A DNA stretch of 31,624 bases, taken from a virus. Lineage: Duplodnaviria; Caudoviricetes. Each line of letters starts with the position of its first letter. Position 1 is the first letter of the stretch. The translations under genes and the position numbers were made by a program. The notes beneath the pieces were generated by a model. That model worked only from the letters and a program-made list of their open reading frames with translations. It was not told where the DNA came from and made no database searches. The stretch is taken from positions 1 through 31,624 of IMG/VR virus record IMGVR_UViG_3300049183_000009; one strand, 5' to 3'. This document shows positions 1-7,529 of the stretch, in pieces.

Positions 1-1
1 G

Positions 2-445
2 ATGAGATTCCTCCACACGATGCTGCGCGTTGGCAACCTTCAACGCTCGATTGACTTCTATACCCAGGTGCTGGGCATGCAGCTGCTGCGCCAGTCCGAG
101 AACCCCGAGTACAAATACTCGCTGGCGTTCCTCGGCTTCGAAGGCGGCAATCCTGGCCAGGCCGAGATCGAACTCACCTACAACTGGGGCGTGGAAAGCT
201 ACGAAATGGGCACCGCCTACGGCCACATTGCGCTGGGCGTGCCCGATGCGTATGCCGCCTGCGAGAAGATCAAGGCTGCTGGCGGCAACGTGACGCGCGA
301 AGCCGGCCCCGTCAAGGGCGGCACCACGGTGATCGCTTTCGTGACCGACCCGGACGGGTACAAGATCGAATTAATACAAAGAAAATCAGAGACTTACGAG
401 AGCGAACGCCAAGGCGACGCCAATAGCGATCCATTGCGGGCCTAA
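2..445 (+). CDS. gloA: Lactoylglutathione lyase (glyoxalase I); C-terminal tail probably prophage-derived
   Basis: Glyoxalase I motifs [33 protein letters not shown] and [13 protein letters not shown]. Confidence 0.96.
   Translation: MRFLHTMLRVGNLQRSIDFYTQVLGMQLLRQSENPEYKYSLAFLGFEGGNPGQAEIELTYNWGVESYEMGTAYGHIALGVPDAYAACEKIKAAGGNVTREAGPVKGGTTVIAFVTDPDGYKIELIQRKSETYESERQGDANSDPLRA
384..396 (+). promoter_or_regulatory. IHF-like binding site near the putative att junction
   Basis: AATCAGAGACTTA matches the IHF consensus WATCARNNNNTTR. Confidence 0.5.
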
Positions 446-460
446 AAACGGCGCCCGCCC

Positions 461-496
461 CTCCGAAACACTGTATGCTTTATCAGTGTTTCGGAG
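461..496. promoter_or_regulatory. LexA (SOS) box-like site inside a 13-bp inverted repeat
   Basis: CTGTATGCTTTATCAG (471-486) fits CTG-N10-CAG. The arms CTCCGAAACACTG and CAGTGTTTCGGAG are perfectly complementary. The site lies just upstream of the ATG at 503. Confidence 0.7.
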
Positions 497-502
497 AGCA
501 GC

Positions 503-910
503 ATGAGAATTGAGGTCCATTACTCGTGGCGGTACAAATGGGGCGGCCGAACGGTCACATCTCGCATCAAGATGACCGAGGAGCAAGCCCGCCGCTGCCA
601 CCCCGACGCTGTGCGGCTTGATGCCACGCGTGAGGAGGTGCTCGTACGGGACCAGCCCTGCGAGATCGACCAAGCCAATATCGACCTGGTGACCCGCTGC
701 GTGGGTCAAGAGCCGGTGCGAATGGCCCGCCTTTACCGGCCCAAAACGGTTCCACAGGAAGGCGATTTTGTGCCGCTGCCACATGCCGCCGTGCTGTACC
801 AGGTCAGCGAACATGACGCCGTGTGGACTGTGACCTCTACGGCCACCAGCCCGCACCGCGTGGTGTACCAGGGCCGTGGCCCGGTGTCGGTGGAGCCTGC
901 GCCGTCTTAG
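503..910 (+). CDS. Hypothetical protein, probably SOS-inducible
   Basis: 135-aa ORF with GGAGAG RBS, oriented opposite to the late genes and preceded by the SOS-like box. Confidence 0.7.
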   Translation: MRIEVHYSWRYKWGGRTVTSRIKMTEEQARRCHPDAVRLDATREEVLVRDQPCEIDQANIDLVTRCVGQEPVRMARLYRPKTVPQEGDFVPLPHAAVLYQVSEHDAVWTVTSTATSPHRVVYQGRGPVSVEPAPS

Positions 911-914
911 TAGC

Positions 915-1316
915 TCACACCCACCATGCGGAGCCGATGGTGGCGAAGAGTACGCCGGTCAGGAAAAACAGCTTGAAAAAACCGGCGCTAGCCAGTTCAT
1001 GGGGCGCCTTTCCGCCCCATGTGGCGTGTCCACCGCCATAAAGTAGTCCCAGCCAGGTGCCCCAACCCGCAAAGTAGACACCGGCGACTGCGCACCACTT
1101 CCCAGAATCAACGCTTAACTCAGATCCAATCTTGCCTCGCCACCAAAGCACTAGGCAGGCAAGTGCAACAACAAACGCTAGGCTCATGGCGGCGATCCAG
1201 AAGCTAGACCGGAGGCTTTCCATGGATTCATCAGACTTATCGTGCGGCCCAGCGATACACCGGCAAGCCCATCCGATCTCATCTCGAAATACTTTTACCT
1301 CGTGGCTGAATCCCAT
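915..1316 (-). CDS. Hypothetical membrane protein (about 3 TM), moron-like
   Basis: Start MGFSHEV follows a GAAGGGGG RBS. Three hydrophobic stretches. Visibly lower GC than its neighbours. Confidence 0.65.
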   Translation of the reverse strand: MGFSHEVKVFRDEIGWACRCIAGPHDKSDESMESLRSSFWIAAMSLAFVVALACLVLWWRGKIGSELSVDSGKWCAVAGVYFAGWGTWLGLLYGGGHATWGGKAPHELASAGFFKLFFLTGVLFATIGSAWWV

Positions 1317-1339
1317 AGTGCCCCCTTCGTTCTGCAATC

Positions 1340-1528
1340 CTAGTCGATGCGTGGCAACGCCGCGTCCTCCCGCACCGGGTAGCACCCCTGCCCCGCCCTC
1401 TCCCGCAGCGCCTCAGCCAGCTCCCGCTGGTCTCGCCGCAGGCGCTCGGTCAGCTGTTTGAGGGCCTTGCGGCCGGGGCCAGGGCGGGCGCCCTGCTGGG
1501 GTTGTGCATGCGTGTGCACGTACGTCAT
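1340..1528 (-). CDS. Small hypothetical phage protein
   Basis: MTYVHTHAQ..., 62 aa; the ATG overlaps the Rz stop (ATGA). Confidence 0.5.
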   Translation of the reverse strand: MTYVHTHAQPQQGARPGPGRKALKQLTERLRRDQRELAEALRERAGQGCYPVREDAALPRID

Positions 1529-2058
1529 GGCGCTGCCCCCTCCTGCCGGCGCTCCTCGATGTCGAGGATCTCGTTGAGCTGGCCCGCCACCTCGCCGTAG
1601 CGCACCTTGCACAGGGCTATCCAGTCGGCAATGTCTCGCTCGCTGGCGTAGCCGGTGTTAGGGGTATGGGCGGCAACGGCGCCGGGCGCACTCGCAGGTT
1701 CGCCGGCAGGCGCTCGTAGCCCGAGCGAACTTGCCGTGCCGAGGTTGTTGAGCATGCCGACAGTGCGAGCGTCAAGGCACTGGCGATCAGCGGACAAAGT
1801 AGCGATCTGCGCACGGGCGTCTCCCAGTTGGGTGTTGAGGGTGGCCAGCTTGGCCGCGTGGCGGCCAGCTGCGGTGTCGTTGAACTGGCGCTGTTGCTTG
1901 GCATCGGTCTGCCGAGCCTCCTCAGCCAGGCGCTCGTCCTCCAGGCGTTGCGCCTCTTTGGCGCCGTAGCGCCACTCTTGCACGCGCCAGGTGCCAGCGC
2001 TGGCCACCGCTGCGGCGGCCAGGCCGACGGCCACGTAGGTCCACAGACGGGCGCTCAT
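1525..2058 (-). CDS. Rz-like inner-membrane spanin
   Basis: N-terminal TM followed by WRVQEWRY and a coiled coil. Directly follows the endolysin with an ATGA overlap. Confidence 0.75.
   Translation of the reverse strand: MSARLWTYVAVGLAAAAVASAGTWRVQEWRYGAKEAQRLEDERLAEEARQTDAKQQRQFNDTAAGRHAAKLATLNTQLGDARAQIATLSADRQCLDARTVGMLNNLGTASSLGLRAPAGEPASAPGAVAAHTPNTGYASERDIADWIALCKVRYGEVAGQLNEILDIEERRQEGAAP
1617..1814 (-). CDS. Rz1-like outer-membrane lipoprotein spanin embedded in Rz
   Basis: GTG start after GGGAGA. Signal and lipobox MRRSLLCPLIASALTLALSA-C, then a Pro-rich mature part. Lies in an alternative frame within Rz. Confidence 0.7.
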   Translation of the reverse strand: MRRSLLCPLIASALTLALSACSTTSARQVRSGYERLPANLRVRPAPLPPIPLTPATPASETLPTG

Positions 2059-2513
2059 GGCAGCTCCTGCACACCCAGCTGCGCGCCCTGGTCCGTGATG
2101 GTGATAACGCGGTTCGCGGGCTTGTCGGGCACGCGGGTAGATACGTGCACCCATTGCTTGCCCTTAACGCCCTCCAGGATCAGCTGACCGATGCCCAGCA
2201 CGCTCACCAGCGGCGCGAGGGCCTTGGCGATCTGGTACGGCGTGCCGTAGCCGGGTGCCACGATATCGGCCGCGTGGCCCTGGGTGTGGTCGCTGCTTGT
2301 GACGCCGCCCACGGCCTGGTTGACCTGGCGGCCACGGTAGCCACTGGTGACCGTGATGGGCACGCCCAGCGTGGTGCGGATGCGCTCCAGCATCTCGGCT
2401 GTGAGCACCAGGCGCGGCATCAGCTCGGGCGGTGGTGTGTTGTCGATACCAAGGCGCCGGGCGGTAGTGCTAGCGGTCAATTCGGCCAGCGAAAAATGCG
2501 GTGTGAGTTGCAT
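2055..2513 (-). CDS. Endolysin, peptidase M15A (D-Ala-D-Ala carboxypeptidase-like Zn peptidase)
   Basis: Motifs LTPHFSLAEL, ITVTSGYR, NQAVGG..SSDH..GHAADI and WVHVS; position in the lysis cassette. Confidence 0.9.
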   Translation of the reverse strand: MQLTPHFSLAELTASTTARRLGIDNTPPPELMPRLVLTAEMLERIRTTLGVPITVTSGYRGRQVNQAVGGVTSSDHTQGHAADIVAPGYGTPYQIAKALAPLVSVLGIGQLILEGVKGKQWVHVSTRVPDKPANRVITITDQGAQLGVQELP

Positions 2514-2516
2514 GGG

Positions 2517-2846
2517 TTATCCCTCTTTGACTCGGGTACGAACGATCAGCACGGCAAAGCCCAGCACCACGCAGGTGTCCTGCAGCGTGGGCAATTGCGT
2601 GGGCATGAGCAGAGGCCAGATGGCCCCGCTGCGGGACAGGGGCAGGAAGGGCATCAGCGGGGCCAGCAAGGCCCCTGCCCCGCCGAAGGCGAGCAGTAGC
2701 CAGGCCAGGGCCTTGAGCCATTCCGTGGCGCGCTCTTGCGCGGACAAGCCGCGCCTGCAGGGTGCTGTGCGCTCCAGCTTGTTGAGCGCTTCGGCCAGCA
2801 CCACCAGGCCTGCCAGCCAGTGAATGAATTGCAGGGTGGCGCTCAT
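2517..2846 (-). CDS. Holin/antiholin-like membrane protein
   Basis: 109 aa with about 3 hydrophobic segments and a basic C-terminus, immediately upstream of the endolysin. Confidence 0.6.
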   Translation of the reverse strand: MSATLQFIHWLAGLVVLAEALNKLERTAPCRRGLSAQERATEWLKALAWLLLAFGGAGALLAPLMPFLPLSRSGAIWPLLMPTQLPTLQDTCVVLGFAVLIVRTRVKEG

Positions 2847-3259
2847 GGTGTGGCCCCCGTGTTGTTGGGCGTCTGGGCAGCGGCACCGCTAAGACGCTTG
2901 ATGGCAAACATCAGCACTTGCTGTGCCCCGCCGCCCACAGCGAACGCGGCACCCAGCAGCAGCGACTCGGGCAGCTGCGCCACTAGCAAAGCGAGCGGCG
3001 TTAGGTAGCCGGCCGTAAGGCTGCTGGCGCAGGCCACGAGCATGCGGCGCACTGTGGTGCGCAGCAGCTCAATCCATGTGTCGCTGCTGCCCGGCACGGC
3101 ATTCAGCAAGATGATCGCGACCAGGCTGCCCGCAAAGCCTGCAATGAGCAGATCCGCGCGCAGGCCCAGCGGCACGCCCAGCACCGTGAGTGCCGTTGCA
3201 GACGCGGCCCCGCCGGCGATGGTGGCCAGGCCTGCGGCCGTGGTGGTGGGTTCAGGCAT
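2843..3259 (-). CDS. Putative holin
   Basis: MPEPTTTAAG start with GAGGGAG RBS, several TM segments, ATGA-coupled to the next gene. Confidence 0.65.
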   Translation of the reverse strand: MPEPTTTAAGLATIAGGAASATALTVLGVPLGLRADLLIAGFAGSLVAIILLNAVPGSSDTWIELLRTTVRRMLVACASSLTAGYLTPLALLVAQLPESLLLGAAFAVGGGAQQVLMFAIKRLSGAAAQTPNNTGATP

Positions 3260-3267
3260 GGGCTCCC

Positions 3268-3885
3268 TCATTCATTCTTTTGTTGATCAGCTGCCCGCTC
3301 AATCGCGGCCGCCAGCAGCTCGGCCAGGCGGTCGCTGGCCTGCTGCGTGCGATGGATGCCATCGGCCGCTGCATCGCCCTCCTGATACGCCTCTCCCCAG
3401 CCCGCGTGCTGCAGGCCGAACTCGGCTGCTATCGCGTGCGTGATTGCGTTGTAGGGCGCTGCCAGGGGCGGCTGGCGGGGCGTGCCCACGATGCCCGTCA
3501 GCACGGGCACGCGGCGCTCGGACAGGATCTGCAGCACCGCGCTGCGCAGATCCAGCGCATAGCCATCAAGGCCCTGGAAGGCGTCAACAAACCCGTTGCC
3601 GATGACCACCACGCGGCCGGCGCGTGGCGCCGTGGCAAAGCCCGGCATGAGGGCCTTGAGCGGGGTGCCGGGGGCTGAATGGTCTACCAGCCGCCAGCCT
3701 GGCTGCGCTTCGCGGATGCGGGCCACGGGCGACACGCGCACGCCATAGCCGGCCATGATGCTGTCGCCGTACACGTCCACCACCAGCTGCTGCGCGGGCG
3801 GCTCGCCGCCACCGCCGCCGCCACACGAGATGAGCGCGGCAAGAGCAGCGATGGCGATCAGACAGCGCTTGCTTGAAGCGGGCAT
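3268..3885 (-). CDS. SGNH/GDSL hydrolase-family lipoprotein (alternative GTG start at 3939)
   Basis: Lipobox LAALIS-C plus a Gly linker. Block I YGDSI, block II SAPG, block III-like IGNGFVD, block V DGIH. Confidence 0.8.
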   Translation of the reverse strand: MPASSKRCLIAIAALAALISCGGGGGGEPPAQQLVVDVYGDSIMAGYGVRVSPVARIREAQPGWRLVDHSAPGTPLKALMPGFATAPRAGRVVVIGNGFVDAFQGLDGYALDLRSAVLQILSERRVPVLTGIVGTPRQPPLAAPYNAITHAIAAEFGLQHAGWGEAYQEGDAAADGIHRTQQASDRLAELLAAAIERAADQQKNE

Positions 3886-3909
3886 AAAAAAACCCGCCGA
3901 AGCGGGTTG
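3886..3909 (-). terminator. Intrinsic terminator-like hairpin
   Basis: Minus strand reads AACCCGC TTCG GCGGG TTTTTTT. Confidence 0.7.
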
Positions 3910-3935
3910 CGGGGGGTGATTGAACGGATGCCGTC

Positions 3936-4307
3936 TCACGATGGATCTCCTGCGCCGGCGGGGCCGTTGCGCGACGTGTATCGCGGCAGATTGGGCGGGT
4001 GGTACTCACTTGGGTAGTTCTTGCGGTCGAACTCCTTTGTGTACGCGTTCTTGCAGTGGCCCTTGCCCTGCCAGAAGAACAGCAGATCAATGAACGGCAT
4101 GAACAGCCGCCCCAGGATCTTGCCGTCGCGGTGCGCCCGATAGCAGCGGGCAGAGAGGGTTTCGTCCGCATAGCTGACCGTGCCGTCCAGCGGTGGGATC
4201 ATCGCGTTGACCAGCTGGTCGGCTGCGATGAACACCTGCTCTCCGTATGCCCTGGTCAGCGCCCAGGCGCGCGCGAGGCGGCCCTTTGTTCGGTTGGAAA
4301 TCTGCAT
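3936..4307 (-). CDS. Phage hypothetical protein downstream of the tail fibre genes
   Basis: Motif FIAADQLVNA...DETLSARCYR...IDLLFFWQ...HC, which I recall from phage tail/lysis junction genes. AAGGA RBS. Confidence 0.75.
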   Translation of the reverse strand: MQISNRTKGRLARAWALTRAYGEQVFIAADQLVNAMIPPLDGTVSYADETLSARCYRAHRDGKILGRLFMPFIDLLFFWQGKGHCKNAYTKEFDRKNYPSEYHPPNLPRYTSRNGPAGAGDPS

Positions 4308-4323
4308 GGCGTGCATTCCTTGA

Positions 4324-4743
4324 TCAGAGCGTGGCCGCGAGGCGGAACAATTCGTCGGTGGCCTCGGGCGTCAGGCCGATGGCTGCGCCCAGGTTCTCGA
4401 CAAGGCCCTTGTAGCGCTGCACTTCGTTGGAGAAGTCCCACTCGATGCGGGCGGCAGTGCGATCCGGCTCCGGCATCGCGTTAATGGCCGCCTCCACATC
4501 GTCCAGCGCGCCGTACGAAAGCAGCGCGAGGCGAGCCTGGCGCATGGTGACTGTCTGCGGGACAGGCGCCGCCGGCGACGGGAGCGGAGGCGGCTCAACG
4601 TATTCACGCAGCACCCATGCCTCGCCCGTCCAGTTAGCGCGTAGGCCCTCGGCTTCTTCAGGCGGCTCCACATCCGTGGCCCGGCTAGGCATGGGCACGG
4701 GCGTGAGCCAGCCGTACAGGTCGTAGTAGTAGGTCATGGTCAC
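4324..4743 (-). CDS. Tail fibre-associated (assembly chaperone-like) protein
   Basis: VPQTVTMRQARLAL...ARIEWDF...DELFRLAATL; follows the fibre gene with a GTGA overlap. Confidence 0.7.
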   Translation of the reverse strand: MTMTYYYDLYGWLTPVPMPSRATDVEPPEEAEGLRANWTGEAWVLREYVEPPPLPSPAAPVPQTVTMRQARLALLSYGALDDVEAAINAMPEPDRTAARIEWDFSNEVQRYKGLVENLGAAIGLTPEATDELFRLAATL

Positions 4744-5879
4744 AGGGCCTTGATGTGATAGTTGGGCAGAGGGATCGGGTTGCCGGAAAGCGCGGGCATG
4801 TGCTGCCGCAGGTTCGGCAACAAAAACTCGGTGGCGGATTCAGTGAACGAATAAGCCACCGTGGCAGCACCAGCAGGGATCTGCACCGTGACTGCGCCCT
4901 TTTTCGCAACCGCCGAAGCGATGACCATCGCCTGAACCGGGGTGGGCTCCAGGAACCACGAACGGCCATCGAGCGAGAACACAAGACCTTGAGCCGTGGA
5001 CACGACGAAACGATCTCCCGAGCGCTGGATTCGCCATGTATCCGAGGCTGGCACGCCTGTGATCGGCTGGATGCGCCATGTGTCGCCGTGGTCGTGGCTA
5101 ACCTGCAGGCCCGAAGGACACCCCGACACCACGATGGTGCCATTCCCATCACTGGCGATGTTGCCTTGCGACGCGCTGGTAGCTTCAGCGAGCTGGCCGG
5201 CGGTGTAGGTGATGGCATCCGCGCTGAACTCGCACACGGCCGAGCCAGCGGCAATATTGACGTAACGAGTGCCGCTCCAGCACGTACCCACCGGCGCGCC
5301 CATCCCGCTCGAAGAGCTGCGCCCTACAAAAGCAGTCACCCCATCGTCAAGACTGAACCGCGTCGAAGCAACCACCAGCGCACGGCCCAGGGTCGTGCTA
5401 TAGGACATGCGACTGACATGATTGCCGACCGCCACGCTCGTAGGGCCGCCGGTCGCAGTAGCCCAGGCCCCAGAGGGCGTGAGCGTGGTCGTCAAGAGCG
5501 GCTGACTCGCGGAGGAGCAAAGCGCGATGAACCGGGCTGCGGTCGCAAGCAAAGCCGCGACGGTCGCGGATGGGGTTGCAGCCGTCGTCCATGACGCCCC
5601 ATCGGTCGAGTGCTGGATTGCCGACGTGGACCCGGTGGTGGCCGCCGCCACGAAGTGGTTGGCCGTGGCAATCAGAGCGGGCGGGGTGCCGCCGTTGCTC
5701 GCCAGCGTGCGCACGGTGCCCGTGTGTTTTCCGATGGGAAACATCGGAGACAGCCGGGGCCGATTGGTCCGGGTGATGGTGCGCCCATCCAGAGGCTCGA
5801 AGATGTTCGGGTCGAGCCCAAAGCCCTGCAGCACGGTGCCCACAGGCGTGCCGCCGTCGAATTCGGTGTCGTAAATCAT
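4740..5879 (-). CDS. Tail fibre/receptor-binding protein with Asp-box-like beta repeats
   Basis: N-terminal PVGTV...PLDG collar-like motif. Repeats STDGASW, SHDHGDTW and SLDGRSW. Ser/Thr/Ala/Gly-rich. Confidence 0.7.
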   Translation of the reverse strand: MIYDTEFDGGTPVGTVLQGFGLDPNIFEPLDGRTITRTNRPRLSPMFPIGKHTGTVRTLASNGGTPPALIATANHFVAAATTGSTSAIQHSTDGASWTTAATPSATVAALLATAARFIALCSSASQPLLTTTLTPSGAWATATGGPTSVAVGNHVSRMSYSTTLGRALVVASTRFSLDDGVTAFVGRSSSSGMGAPVGTCWSGTRYVNIAAGSAVCEFSADAITYTAGQLAEATSASQGNIASDGNGTIVVSGCPSGLQVSHDHGDTWRIQPITGVPASDTWRIQRSGDRFVVSTAQGLVFSLDGRSWFLEPTPVQAMVIASAVAKKGAVTVQIPAGAATVAYSFTESATEFLLPNLRQHMPALSGNPIPLPNYHIKAL

Positions 5880-6559
5880 AGGCCTCTCCAGGAATTGGCA
5901 ACGCCGCGCAGGCACCGCGTGGTCTGGTGCGTGAGCGTCAAGTCGTCGGGCGCACGGCCCATGAATGAATCGCTGGGCGCTTGCCGCAGCAGCACCGTGT
6001 CGTAACGGCCATTGGCGATGGTGATGTAGACCATGGCGCCTTCGGAGTACGGCGGCATGGTGCCAGTCACTTGGCCAGCCGCGTACTCGATGGAGTAGTG
6101 GTAGCCGGCCGTCATGCTGAAGGTGGCCGTAGTGACGTGCACCAAGGGAAGCAACACGTCATAGGCTCGCCAGTAGGCCGAGCCGTCGGCCGGGGTAGCC
6201 GTGGTCACGTCCGCCAGGTTTGCCAGCAGCATCCAGGTGCGGCCCCCATGGGCGACGGTCGCCGGGCGATTGAGCGGCCCGGTGAGCGAAGACCAATCGC
6301 CCTTGAAATTAGAGCCTGCGAGCGAGGTCGCGGCAGAGGCCTCAGATGCTGCCGCGCTGGCGGCTGCCTCGGTAGCGCTCAGCTCTGCGTCCAGTGCGTT
6401 GCTGTAGGTAGCCGTCGCAAGGTCGTTCGCCTTGGGCGCCAGATCGTTCCTCTGCCAAGTCAGAGACGCTTCAAACTGCGCGTCGAACGTGACTTCGGGA
6501 TCGTTGGAGTTCGGGACAGGTGGCCCCGCGGGGATGGGTACGGGTGTGGTGATGGCCAT
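5876..6559 (-). CDS. Tail fibre proximal/adaptor protein
   Basis: MAITTPVPIP start, Ala-rich coil, NFKGDWSSLTG motif; located in the tail tip region. Confidence 0.7.
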   Translation of the reverse strand: MAITTPVPIPAGPPVPNSNDPEVTFDAQFEASLTWQRNDLAPKANDLATATYSNALDAELSATEAAASAAASEASAATSLAGSNFKGDWSSLTGPLNRPATVAHGGRTWMLLANLADVTTATPADGSAYWRAYDVLLPLVHVTTATFSMTAGYHYSIEYAAGQVTGTMPPYSEGAMVYITIANGRYDTVLLRQAPSDSFMGRAPDDLTLTHQTTRCLRGVANSWRGL

Positions 6560-6564
6560 GGTGA

Positions 6565-7527
6565 TTACGTGGGTAGTCCCTCGATCTGGAATTGCACGGA
6601 AGACCGCCCGAGCGAGTCGCGGGAGGTGGGAGCGGATTTCAGGACGCCGAACACCAGGCTTTGCTGGAAGCCTGGCGCCAGGGTCGGGGTGTAGGCAACG
6701 CCTTTGCCCATCAGGTTTCGCAGCTGCGTGAGAACTGAGTCCTCCTGCTTCCCCTTGATGGAAACGGTGCCGTTCATGTCGTAGGTGTTGCCGTAGATCA
6801 GCACTCCGGTGGTGCCGTTCTCGTCGGTGTCCCGGCTTGTGAAAATGCGCGGATCTCGGACCAGTCCGGCCAACGTTCCACCCAGCTCCACGCCAGGCAG
6901 ATAGCGCAGCTTGCCCACCTCGATCTGGCTCACCGCGCGTAGCTGCGACCCAGACCCCTCGATGCTGATGCGCACTTCGGCGTTCGGATAGATCGGCATG
7001 CCGGTGATCAGCACCCGATCCGTCGTGTAGCGCTGGCCGTAGGCGTAATCCCAATAGCCGAGAGCCGCAGATTTGATGCGCCCTGTGTATTCCTTGACCA
7101 GCACACCGCCATCTGCTTCAGGCTTGTTGTAGACCTTGACACGCCAGGTAGCGCCCTTGGCACCAAAGATCGCAACGGCATTCGCATAGCGCTGGGCCAT
7201 GCGGTATTCGATGTTCTCCGTGGTGCTGGTGAGCGGGTAGTTCAGGTACACCAGCTTGCCGTTGGCGCGCACCTGGGGGCCGAAGGGCAAATAGCGCTTT
7301 GTGGGGCGCATTTCACTCCACGCGGTCCCATCGGACTCGGGCGGCAGGGTGTCGGTGGGCGCCCGCGCAATGGCGCAACGGTATACGCGGTGCAGGGCTG
7401 GGCGGATGACTTCTGCCCCAATGGCATAGGTCCCCGCCACCCACGCCGTTTCCCCCGTCGCAGGCTCGCCCACACTTCCAGCAAGGAACATCGCATCAGT
7501 GATGGTGTTTCGTTCGATGTAGTACAT
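6565..7527 (-). CDS. Minor tail (tail tip) protein with a CBM-like N-terminus
   Basis: 320 aa directly after the tape measure; contains AWVAGTYAIGAEV...VYRC. Confidence 0.7.
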   Translation of the reverse strand: MYYIERNTITDAMFLAGSVGEPATGETAWVAGTYAIGAEVIRPALHRVYRCAIARAPTDTLPPESDGTAWSEMRPTKRYLPFGPQVRANGKLVYLNYPLTSTTENIEYRMAQRYANAVAIFGAKGATWRVKVYNKPEADGGVLVKEYTGRIKSAALGYWDYAYGQRYTTDRVLITGMPIYPNAEVRISIEGSGSQLRAVSQIEVGKLRYLPGVELGGTLAGLVRDPRIFTSRDTDENGTTGVLIYGNTYDMNGTVSIKGKQEDSVLTQLRNLMGKGVAYTPTLAPGFQQSLVFGVLKSAPTSRDSLGRSSVQFQIEGLPT

Positions 7528-7529
7528 GG

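Noticed and set aside
386-856. 156-aa minus-strand ORF overlapping the gloA end
   Set aside because: Shadow of 503-910, which has the RBS and the SOS-like box.
6560-7054. N-terminal extension of the 392-aa ORF 5876-7054
   Set aside because: Overlaps the 6565-7527 gene out of frame. Protein-like sequence begins only at MAITTP (6559).
4324-7527. Diversity-generating retroelement or invertible tail fibre cassette
   Set aside because: No reverse transcriptase or invertase in the window, and I saw no template/variable repeat pair or inverted crossover sites by eye.
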